From: an uncultured Acidobacteriota bacterium | GTDB lineage: Bacteria > Acidobacteriota > Thermoanaerobaculia > Multivoradales > UBA5704 | Reading direction: 5' to 3' | Assembly: GCA_963770895.1 (NCBI GenBank) | Contig: CAVYRF010000001.1 | Span: 1,088,001 to 1,152,000 of the forward strand | Length of the DNA stretch: 64,000 nucleotides | Part shown: piece by piece, positions 35,551-44,600 of the stretch | How positions within the stretch are numbered: position 1 is the first letter of the stretch | Layout of the letters: the number at the start of each line of letters is the position of its first letter | Position numbers and translations under genes: made by a program | The notes under the pieces: generated by a model | The model's database searches: none | Told to the model about the DNA's origin: nothing | What the model saw: the letters and a program-made list of their open reading frames with translations, nothing else

Positions 35551-35817
35551 ATGGGCCTGAAAATGCGCATGCTTGCCGCCCTGCTTCTCCTGCTGCCGGC
35601 GGCCGCCGTTGCCGCGGTGCCGCAGATCACCAACACCGTCACGGTCACCGCCACCAACGCCTTCACCGCCAACGGCGACGGCACCATGACCCTGGTGACG
35701 CCGGTGCTGATGGCGGCGCCGACGCTGTCGACGGCCGGCCTGGTGACCCTGGCCCTGGCGCTGGCGGTGTTCGCGGTCGCCCGCATGCGGCAGCGTCAGC
35801 TGCAGTCGCGCGCCTAG
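35551..35817 (+). CDS. Mini-protein: Sec signal, ~30-aa beta-rich peptide, IPTL-CTERM-type anchor
   Basis: MRMLAALLLLLPAAAVAA / VPQITNTVTVTATNAFTANGDGTMTLVTPV / APTLSTAGLVTLALALAVFAVARMRQR. Confidence 0.85.
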   Translation: MGLKMRMLAALLLLLPAAAVAAVPQITNTVTVTATNAFTANGDGTMTLVTPVLMAAPTLSTAGLVTLALALAVFAVARMRQRQLQSRA

Positions 35818-35826
35818 CGCGGCACG

Positions 35827-36969
35827 GTGCCAAACCAGCAAGACGGAGGCGGCGTCCTGCTTTCGGCCGCCCTCATCGTCCGCAACGAAGAACGGTTTCT
35901 GGCCGGCTGCCTGCAATCCATCGCCGGGCTGGTCGACGAGGTCGTGGTGGTCGACACCGGCTCGACCGACCGCAGCCGCGAGATCGCCCGCGGCCATGGC
36001 GCCCGGCTGGCGGAGCTCCCCTGGCGCGGCGACTTTGCCGCCGCGCGCAACCACGCGCTCGACCTGGCGCGCGGCGCCTGGATCCTTTACATCGACGCCG
36101 ACGAACGGGTGAGCGCGGGCGGGCGGGCGGAGCTTGAACCGCTGCTGCGCGATCCGCACCTGGCCGCGTGCACCGTGCGCTTCCGGCCGGTCACCGGCTT
36201 CACCCGCTACCGCGAATATCGCCTGTTCCGCAACCGCCCCGACCTGCGCTTTGCCGGCGTCATTCACGAGACTCACGTCCCGGCGCTGATCGACGTGTGC
36301 GCCCGCGAAGGGCTGGCCATCGCCGACAGCGCGGTGGCGATCGATCACCTCGGCTACGACGGCGACCTGGCCCACAAGCATCGCCGCAACCTGCCGCTGC
36401 TGCGCGAGCGGCTGGCGAGCGACCCCAACCACGTCTACAGCTGGTGCCACCTGGGCGTCACCCTGCACGGCATGGGCGACCAGGAGGGGGCGGAGCAGGC
36501 GTGGCGCCAGGGAGTCCAGGTGGTGCGCCAAAAGCAGGCGCGAACGATCGCCGACAGCGGCCCCTACGTCGACCTGACCCACACCTTGATGCGCCGCGGC
36601 CAGCCGGTGACGGAACTGCTGGACGAAGCGCTCTTTTTCTTCCCCGACAACTTCACCTTGCAATGGCTGCGCGCCCGCGCCCTGATCGAGGAGGGGCAGT
36701 TTGCCGCGGCGCTGCCGATCGTGGAGCGGCTGGCGGCGACCGATCCCGAAGTGGAGCTGGGCGGCGTCCTGGCCCACGACGAGCGGATCTTCGGCCTGTT
36801 CGCCTACGAGGCCCTGGGTCTGTGCTGCTTCCGGCTCGGACGTTACGCGGAGAGCGCGCGCTGGTACGGCCGCGCCGCGGAGGTCGCGCCGGCGCCGCTC
36901 GAAAACCGCACCAAGATGCAGCTGGCCGCGACCCTTGCCAATGCCACCAGCGGCGCCGGCGCGCCGTGA
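35827..36969 (+). CDS. GT2 glycosyltransferase with C-terminal TPRs
   Basis: LIVRNEE, VVVDTGSTD, DFAAARN, YIDADE, GVIHE, IDHLGY, RNLPLL followed by TPR helices. Confidence 0.92.
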   Translation: MPNQQDGGGVLLSAALIVRNEERFLAGCLQSIAGLVDEVVVVDTGSTDRSREIARGHGARLAELPWRGDFAAARNHALDLARGAWILYIDADERVSAGGRAELEPLLRDPHLAACTVRFRPVTGFTRYREYRLFRNRPDLRFAGVIHETHVPALIDVCAREGLAIADSAVAIDHLGYDGDLAHKHRRNLPLLRERLASDPNHVYSWCHLGVTLHGMGDQEGAEQAWRQGVQVVRQKQARTIADSGPYVDLTHTLMRRGQPVTELLDEALFFFPDNFTLQWLRARALIEEGQFAAALPIVERLAATDPEVELGGVLAHDERIFGLFAYEALGLCCFRLGRYAESARWYGRAAEVAPAPLENRTKMQLAATLANATSGAGAP

Positions 36970-38354
36970 ACCGGCGCCCGACCGCGCTGCTGGTCGCGCC
37001 GCTCCTGCCGGCCACCGGCGGCAACGGCCTGGCGATGCGGGCCGGGGTGTTCCTGGACGCCCTGGCCCTTGACCACCAGGTGACGCTGCTGGTGGTGCCG
37101 GTTGCCGGCGCTGGCACCGAGCCGGGCCCGCTGGTGCGCCAGTGCGCCCGGCGGGTGGCGGTGCTCGACCTGGGCGGTGCGCTGGACCCGCTGTACGCGC
37201 TCAGTTCCGGCGTGCGCGATCCCGACCAGCGCCTGGCGGCGCTGTGCGCCTACCCGCGGCCGCAGATGTGCCGCTGGGCGACCAGCCCGGCAGTCGCGCG
37301 GGCGGTCGCGGCGGTGGGCGCCGGCGACGGCGCGGAAGGCGCGGGCGACGCGGACGGTGCGGGCGAGCCTTGCGGTGCTGGCGAGGCCGAAGAGGCGGGC
37401 GAGCCTGACGGCGTTGGCGGGGCCGGCGCGGGAGGCGAGGCTGGCGAGAGAGGCGCGGCAGGCGAGCCGAGCTTTGACGCGGTGGTGGTGCTGCGCAGCT
37501 ACCTGGCGCCGTATGCGGCGCCCCTGCTGGCAGGCGCCGGAGGGCGCCGCCCGCGCTGCGTCCTGGACCTGGACGACGACGAACGGCTGACCCAGCAGCG
37601 GCTCGGCCAGCTCTACGCGCAGCGCGGCGAGGCCGGCCTGGCGCGGCTCGCCGCCGCCGAAGCCGCCAAGTACGTCACCCACGAGGCCGCGTGGCTGCCG
37701 CGCTTCGACCTGGTGCTGACCGCTGCCGATCCGCATGCGGCGGCGGTGCGGGCGCGCCATCCGGGCGTCGCGGTCGCCGTCGTTCCCAACGTCGTCACCG
37801 TGCCGGACGGCGTGGCGCGGCCGGAAGCGGCGCATGCTCCGCTGCGGCTGCTGTTGGTCGGCAATCTCGCCTACGAGCCGAACGTGGACGCCGCGCAGTG
37901 GCTTGCCGGGCAGATCGTGCCGCGGCTGGCGCAGGAGCTGCCGGTCGCGCTGCGGCTCGCCGGCGCGCGGCCGAGCGCCGGCGTGGCAGCCCTGGCCGGC
38001 GGCGGCATCCAGGTGGTGGCCGATCCGCCGGACATGGCGCCGCACTACGATTGGGCCGACGTCGCCGTGGTGCCCATTCGCGCCGGCGGCGGCACCCGCA
38101 TCAAGATCCTGGAAGCCTTCGCCGCGCGCGTGCCGGTGGTGGCCACGCGCCTGGGCGCCGAAGGCCTGGCGGTGCGCGACGGCGAGCACCTGCTGCTGGC
38201 CGACGACACCGCGGGCATCGCCGACGCCTGCCGCCGGCTGGCGGAGGACGCGGCGCTGGCGCGGCGGCTTGCCGCCAACGCCCTGCGCCTGGTGCGGGAG
38301 CGCTACTCGCGGCCGGCGGGGCAGGCGCTGATCCGCGCGCTGCTCGCGAGTTGA
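36966..38354 (+). CDS. GT4 (GT-B) glycosyltransferase
   Basis: VGNLAYEPNVDA, PIRAGGGTRIKILEAFA..VPVVAT..GAEGL; GTGA overlap. Confidence 0.9.
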   Translation: MNRRPTALLVAPLLPATGGNGLAMRAGVFLDALALDHQVTLLVVPVAGAGTEPGPLVRQCARRVAVLDLGGALDPLYALSSGVRDPDQRLAALCAYPRPQMCRWATSPAVARAVAAVGAGDGAEGAGDADGAGEPCGAGEAEEAGEPDGVGGAGAGGEAGERGAAGEPSFDAVVVLRSYLAPYAAPLLAGAGGRRPRCVLDLDDDERLTQQRLGQLYAQRGEAGLARLAAAEAAKYVTHEAAWLPRFDLVLTAADPHAAAVRARHPGVAVAVVPNVVTVPDGVARPEAAHAPLRLLLVGNLAYEPNVDAAQWLAGQIVPRLAQELPVALRLAGARPSAGVAALAGGGIQVVADPPDMAPHYDWADVAVVPIRAGGGTRIKILEAFAARVPVVATRLGAEGLAVRDGEHLLLADDTAGIADACRRLAEDAALARRLAANALRLVRERYSRPAGQALIRALLAS

Positions 38355-38401
38355 GCTCGGGGGGGCGGGCGGTCTAAGCTGTGCGTCGTCGAGGCGAGCG
38401 C

Positions 38402-39277
38402 ATGGATCTGTCGATTCTCTATTTTGGCCACATCGGGTTCGCGGTCGACTTCATGGGCGAAGCCGACAGGCTGGGCTTTGGGCGGTTCTGGCTGGGCGAG
38501 CACCACAGCCAGTGGCAGTGCGCCAATCCGTTGCTGCTCGGCGCGTTGATGGCGGCGACCAGCAGCGGCATCCGGCTCGGCAGCGGCGGCGTCTGTATCA
38601 ACTACCACAGTCCGCTGCGCGTCGCCGAAGACGCGCGCCTCATCGAATACATGGTGCCGGGGCGTTTCGACCTCGGCGTGACGCGCGGCCTCAAGCTGGA
38701 TCCCGAGCTGCGGGACGCCCTGTTCGACGGCCGCCAGCCCGAGACGCTGCGGCCCTACGACGAGAAGCTGGCGGACCTGCACGGCTATGTCACCGGGCGG
38801 CTGGCGCCGGCGGACCCGCTGGCCGGCCAGATGTACCTGGAGGGCGGGCCGCCGATGTGGCTGCTGGGCACCAGCACCGCCAGCGCGGAGTGGGCGGCCA
38901 GCCATGGCACGGGCTTCTGCTTTTCGCTGCATCACGGCAGGGACAAGGACGGCGTCGCCGCCCTGCGCGAATACCGCCGGCAGTTCGTCCCCAGCGCCGA
39001 GTTTGCGGAGCCGCGGGCGATGGTCGTGGCGAGCATGCTGTCCGCGCCCACACGCGACGCGGCGCTCGCGGATCAAAAGGAAAAGGGGTTTGACCACGTG
39101 TCGCTGGTGGGTCCGCCGGCGGACTGCGTCGCGGGCCTGGAGGAGATCGCCGCCAGCTACGGCGTCGACGAAGTGATGATCCTCGATCTCCAGGCCGGGC
39201 ACATCGACGAGGTGAGTGAAAAGTACGGCGCGATCGCCGATCTGGCGGGGCTTGCGCCGCGCGGCGAAAAGGACTGA
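38402..39277 (+). CDS. LLM-class flavin-dependent oxidoreductase
   Basis: GFGRFWLGEHH, IRLGSGG, PLRVAED, PGRFDLGV, MWLLGTS. Confidence 0.9.
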   Translation: MDLSILYFGHIGFAVDFMGEADRLGFGRFWLGEHHSQWQCANPLLLGALMAATSSGIRLGSGGVCINYHSPLRVAEDARLIEYMVPGRFDLGVTRGLKLDPELRDALFDGRQPETLRPYDEKLADLHGYVTGRLAPADPLAGQMYLEGGPPMWLLGTSTASAEWAASHGTGFCFSLHHGRDKDGVAALREYRRQFVPSAEFAEPRAMVVASMLSAPTRDAALADQKEKGFDHVSLVGPPADCVAGLEEIAASYGVDEVMILDLQAGHIDEVSEKYGAIADLAGLAPRGEKD

Positions 39278-39348
39278 TGACCTCCCGCCGCATCGATAAA
39301 GTGATCGATTGCGGCGGAGCGCGGGCCGCGGGACCCAAGGAACCCAAC

Positions 39349-40128
39349 ATGCCAGCCACGATAGGGCGAAGGATCGGCCGGCTGCTGGCCGCCGGGGTGC
39401 TCCTGCCGCTGCTGCTGCTCGGCGGGCGGGGTGGGTGGGCCGGCCGCACCGCCGCCCCTGCCGCAGACGCCGCCGGCGCATCGCGCGAAGAGACCCGCAG
39501 CTACCGCATCCTCTTTCAGGAGGAGATCTATTCGTACCAGGTCTTCGCGCCGCGCGGCTACCGCTCGCGGCCGCCGGGGCCGGCGATCGTGTTGTTGCAT
39601 GGCGCGGGCGGCAACGGCCAGGCGTCGATCGCGGAGTGGCAGGATCTCGCCAACGAACAGGGAGTGCTGCTGGTGGCGCCCACCCTGCTGTACGGGCCGA
39701 AGTTCGAACCGGTGATCCCGACGCTGTTGCGCGCCATCCTGGCGGAGGTCAGGTCGGCCTGGAAGCCCGACCCCCGCCGGATCTACATCTTCGGTCATTC
39801 GGCGGGAGGCGTGCTGACGTTCGATACCGCGATGTTGGACGGCGACTGTTTCGCCGCCGCCGCGGTGCACGCGGCGGTGATCTATCCCAACTACGACTGG
39901 ATCCTGGGCCGCGCCAAGCGCAGGATCCCGATCGCCTACTACATCGGCGACCGCGACCAGTTCTTCCCCCTGGCGGCGGCCCGCCGCACGCGGGACCTGC
40001 TGACGGCAGCGGGTTTCCCGCTGCACTATCTCGAAATGCCCGGCCACGACCACGACTATCGTGCGGTTGCGCCGCAGGTCAATCGCGACGCCTGGGCCTA
40101 TCTCAGCCAGCAGATCCTTCCTGATTAA
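39349..40128 (+). CDS. Secreted alpha/beta hydrolase (esterase, PHB depolymerase-like)
   Basis: VLLHGAGG, DPRRIYIFGHSAGG (GxSxG), GDRD, GHDH. Confidence 0.87.
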   Translation: MPATIGRRIGRLLAAGVLLPLLLLGGRGGWAGRTAAPAADAAGASREETRSYRILFQEEIYSYQVFAPRGYRSRPPGPAIVLLHGAGGNGQASIAEWQDLANEQGVLLVAPTLLYGPKFEPVIPTLLRAILAEVRSAWKPDPRRIYIFGHSAGGVLTFDTAMLDGDCFAAAAVHAAVIYPNYDWILGRAKRRIPIAYYIGDRDQFFPLAAARRTRDLLTAAGFPLHYLEMPGHDHDYRAVAPQVNRDAWAYLSQQILPD

Positions 40129-40153
40129 CGAGTGGCCTGGCCAGGACAGGCCA

Positions 40154-41128
40154 CTACTCGACCATTTCGAGCAGGACGCCGTGGGTTGCCGACGCGGGAA
40201 TCAAAAAGCGATCGTGGCCGCGGTAGTTGAAGATCGGCAGCGTCAAGCCGGTGCCGCGCTGCACCAGGCGGTGGGCGGTTTCCAGGTCGCCGACCTGCAC
40301 GCTGAGCCCCAGGATGCCCTCGCCGCGGTCGGCGGCGAAATCGGCGGCGAGTCCGGGACCGTCGGGTTGCAGCAGGACCAGGTTGGCGTTGTGGTAGTTG
40401 ACTGCGAGGCTCCAGGCGCCCAGGTAGCCGATGCGCACGGGCCTGGTGCCCACGCTGAGGCCGAGGCCGGTGAAGTAGGGCCTGGCGGCGTCCAGATCGG
40501 AGACCACCAGCCAGACCGTTTGGATGTGCCGCGCGGTGTTGGGATGCGGCCGGGGCGCGAGCGCCGGGGCGGCGACAAACACGTCGTGCACCTGCGCTTG
40601 GTCGTAAGCGAGGAAGAAGTTGGAATTGTCGGGGGCGATGTTCTCGGTGAGGATGATGGTGTCCCACAGGGGAACCTGGCCCACGACCTGGCCCGATGAT
40701 TGAATGGTAAGAGGCCCGGCAGGGATCGGGCCGACGTTCGGATAGCCGGCGCCGTCCAGGAACCCGATCGCCTGCGCGGCGTTGAGCACCTGGGTGCCGT
40801 AGTACTTGGCGCCCTCATGCTGGGCCAGGAACGCCAGGAACGGCGCGGTGCCGGCGTTGTCCGCGGTGATCGCGTCCAGCTCCAGGTACGACAGGTCGTC
40901 GAACCACACCAGGCGGTTTTCGACGCCCTCGGGCGATTGCAGCACCGGCGTGGCCGCGAAGCCGAGCTGCTGGGTGAGGACGTCCGCCTCGGCGGCGAAG
41001 TCGTCCAACCGCACCAGCACGCCGACGTGATCGATTCCGCGCCCGATGCCCAGTCCGGCGGCGACTGCCTGGCCAGCGAGCGCCGCCATGCCACACAGTA
41101 CAATTGTTACTATTCGTGTCGCGTTCAT
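40154..41128 (-). CDS. Secreted VOC/glyoxalase-like protein
   Basis: Signal peptide; GIDHVGVLV, GVENRLVWF..SYLEL, HPNTARHI, GVLLEMVE. Confidence 0.82.
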   Translation of the reverse strand: MNATRIVTIVLCGMAALAGQAVAAGLGIGRGIDHVGVLVRLDDFAAEADVLTQQLGFAATPVLQSPEGVENRLVWFDDLSYLELDAITADNAGTAPFLAFLAQHEGAKYYGTQVLNAAQAIGFLDGAGYPNVGPIPAGPLTIQSSGQVVGQVPLWDTIILTENIAPDNSNFFLAYDQAQVHDVFVAAPALAPRPHPNTARHIQTVWLVVSDLDAARPYFTGLGLSVGTRPVRIGYLGAWSLAVNYHNANLVLLQPDGPGLAADFAADRGEGILGLSVQVGDLETAHRLVQRGTGLTLPIFNYRGHDRFLIPASATHGVLLEMVE

Positions 41129-41270
41129 CGCACTTCTCCTCTCACAGTTCTAATGCAATCAGTTGGGAACGCCGCGGTGCCGCGCAATTGAGCGCATGAC
41201 GCGGCGCTGCAAGAATGAGCCTGCCCGGGTTGACGCCCGGCCAGCGTGACATTTCGATGGCGCGGACGAT

Positions 41271-41315
41271 CATCCAATAAATTGATCGCTGCGCGCGGCC
41301 ATCCAATAGATTGAT
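41271..41315. promoter_or_regulatory. Tandem imperfect palindromes, candidate operators in the divergent VOC/NRPS intergenic region
   Basis: CATCCAATAAATTGAT (41271) and CATCCAATAGATTGAT (41300), 29 bp apart. Confidence 0.55.
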
Positions 41316-41623
41316 TCGTGGGGGGCTCCGGGAAGAGGATTTATGCTTGACTTGTCGCGTGTTTTTTCGGATTCCCGCTGCTTCAAGAAGTTGTTCCTCC
41401 TACTTCAAGTAGTTGTTCCACAGGTGGTGGTGCGCTGAAATCTTTCTTTCGTGACAGAGGTTGTCCCGACTGAGGGGGCGGCAGGCATAAAGTGTGTTGA
41501 GGCGTGGGATGCTCCCACCCCCGCTTGACGGTTGACAGGTGGTGCAGTTCGTCCAGTCCACGCGATGTGCAAGTCCCGCCGCGACCATCCACGCCAGTGC
41601 CAGGTGCAGTGCCAGGTGAGGAG

Positions 41624-44600
41624 ATGAAAGGCTCAGCGATCCAACCTGCGGTCGGCATCCCCGCGACCCAACCGGACAGCCGCTCGGCAAGCCTCCAGCA
41701 GCTCGCGACCCGCGTCGCCGCCATCGCCTCGGCCGCGCTGGGGCTCGGCGCCGCAGCGCTCGACGCGGAGCGGCCGCTGACCGCGCTCGGGCTCGACTCG
41801 CTGGCCGCGGTCGAGATCGCCGCCGCCCTGGAAGCCGACTGGGGCACCGCGCCGCCGCTGTCGCTGCTGCTCGCCGGTGCCAGCTGCCACGAGCTGGCCC
41901 GATGGCTGCAAGCATCGCTCCGCGAGCGCGCCGCCGGCGCGCCTGCCGCGCCCGCGGTGGGCGCCGCGGGCGATAGTCGGGAGCCGATCCCGCCGGCGAA
42001 GGATTTCCCGCTGTCGCCGGGCCAGCAGGCGCTGTGGTTCCTGGAGCGGCTGGCGCCCACCGCCGGCGCCTACAACGTGGTGGTCGCGGCGGAGGCTCGC
42101 GGTCTGGACGCGGAGCTGCTGGTGCGTCTGCTGGCCATCCTGGCATCGCGCCACGCCGCGCTGCGCACGATCTTCCCGGTCCACGGCGAGCAGGCGGTGC
42201 AGCGCGTGCTGGCGGCGCCGGCGATCGATTTCGCCAGCCAGGATGCCGCACAGTGGAGCCCGGAGCAGCTGTTGCAGCGCATGGCGGAAGAGGCATGGCG
42301 GCCGTTCGACCTGGAGCGCGGGCCGCTGTTGCGGGTGCGCCTGTTCGAGCCCGCGCCGGTCGCGGGACCCTGGCGCGGGCCGCTGCTGATGGTCGCGATC
42401 CACCACCTGGTGGCGGACTTCTGGTCGCTGCGCATCCTGGCCCAGCAGCTGCGCGAGCTGCTGGAGGCCGCATCTCCGCTGGAGGCCGGATCTCCGTCCC
42501 CATGGGCCGCCGCCACGCCGGCGCCGGTTGCGGGGGTGACCGCCGCCGCGCCGGCGGCGACCTTCGCGGAGTGCGCCCGCCGGCAGGCGGAGCAGCTGGC
42601 GGGGCAACAGGGCCAGCTGGACTGGGCCTTCTGGCGCCAGACGCTGGCCGGCGAGCGCGGCGCCGTGCCCGACCTCGACCTGCCCACCGATCGCCCGCGG
42701 CCCGCCGTGCAGACCTGGCGCGCGCTGGCGCGCTCGACGGCGCTGGCGGCGCCGCGCGCTGCCGCACTGCGCCGGTTGGCGGCGGCCGAAGGCGCCACCC
42801 TGTTTGGCGCCCTGGCCGCGATCTGGCAGCTGCAGCTGGGCCGCGCCGCCGGGCAGGACGATTTCGCCGTGGGGACTCCGACGTCGGGACGGCGGGCGGC
42901 CGGCAGCGCCGGAGTGGTCGGGTACTTCGTCAATTCGGTGGCGCTGCGCGCCGACCTGCGCGGCGCACCGCCGGTGGGCCATCTGCTGGGGCGGGTGCGG
43001 CGATCGCTGGTGGTGGCTCTGGAGCACGCCGACTTCCCCTTTGCCTGGCTGGCCGCACGGCTGCGGCCGGCGCGCGATCCGGCGCGCCCGCCGCTCTATC
43101 AGACCGTGCTGGCGCTCGAGCCCCACCGGCCGGGCGATCCTCCGGGCCTGGCCGCGTTCGCCCAGGGCGAGCAGGGCGCCTGCCTGGACCTGGGCGGCGG
43201 CGTTGCGCTGACCGCGGTTGCCCTGCCCGAGCGGCGCGCCCAGGTCGAGCTGACCCTGAGCGTGGCCGAGCTTGCCGATGGCGGCCTGGCGCTGGCGCTC
43301 GAAGCCAACGCCGATCTCTTCGATGCGGCGACGGTCGACAGGATGCTGGGGCATTTCGTCACCCTGGCCGCCGCCGCCGCCGCAGAGCCCGAGCGCGCGG
43401 TGTGGGATCTGCCGCTGCTGACCGCGGCGGAGCAGGAGCAGCTGCAGCAGGAGTGGGGAGCGTCGCTGCAAACGCCCGCCGCCGCCGACGCTCGCTGCCG
43501 GCCGCTCCACGAGCTGGTGGCGGAGCGGGCGCGCCGTGCTCCCGCGGCCACGGCGCTGGTGATTGGAGATGCAGCCTGGACCTACGGCTGCCTGGTGGCC
43601 CGCGCCCACCATCTTGCCGCCCGGCTGCGCGGCCTGCTGGGAGCGCCGGGCACGCCGCCGGCCGCCGAACGGACGGTGGCCTTGCTGGTCGAGCGGTCGG
43701 CGGACCTGGTGGCGGGGGCGCTGGGCATCCTGGAAGCGGGCGGCACGCTGCTCGCGCTCGATCCCGAGTACGCCATGCCGCGCCTCGCCTGGACCCTGGC
43801 CGACGCCGGCGCGGCGGCGGTCATCACCCAGCGGCGGTTTGCCGCGCGGCTGCCGGATACGGCCCTGCCGCAGGTCCTGGTGGACCAGGTTGGCGCGGTG
43901 CTGGAACGCGGACCCGGCCGGGTGGCCGCCGCGTCCGTTGCCCCCACGGTCCGCGCAGGCACGGCGGCGATGGACGGCGGCGACGCCGGGGACCGCGGGA
44001 ACGGCGGGGACGGCGGGGACGGGGCAGATCCTGGAGTGCCGGGCGGGCCGGCGGCGACGGGCTGGGAGCCGTGGGAGGGTGCCAGGGCCGCCTACCTGGT
44101 GTACACCTCCGGCTCGACCGGCGTTCCCAAAGGCGTCGCGGTCAGCCACGCCGCGGCGGCCCATCAGTTCCTCAGCGCCGCGCGGACGCTGGCGCTGGCC
44201 GCCGGCGATCGCGTGCTGCAGCTGCCCTCGACCGGTTTCGACGCCGCGCTCGAACAGATCTTTGCCACCCTGCTGGCGGGAAGCACGCTGGTCATGCGCG
44301 GCCCCGAACCCTGGGGACCGCGCGAGCTGGCCGACCGCCTGGCGACGCGAGAGCTGACGGTCGTGGACGTGCCGGTTGCCTTCCTCACGCACTGGATCGC
44401 CGAAGCCGGCCAGCTGCCCGCGCCCGCGCCGTCGCTGCGCCTGGTCATGGTGTCGGGCGAAGAGCTGCGCGCCCAGACCGTCCGCCGCCATGGCGCCTCG
44501 CCGCTGGCCGCGGTGCCGCTGTGGAACTGCTACGGGCCGACCGAAGCCGTGGTCTCGGCAACCCTCTACGCGGTGCGACGCCAGGACGGCGACGGAGGCC

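Noticed and set aside
35520-35620. DUF11 split as a simple nonsense or frameshift pseudogene
   Set aside because: The sequence between the two parts encodes a purine-rich RBS-like stretch, ATG and a complete hydrophobic signal peptide, which a point mutation would not create
41504-41623. NRPS start at GTG 41504
   Set aside because: ATG 41624 has a GAGGAG RBS and directly precedes the carrier domain
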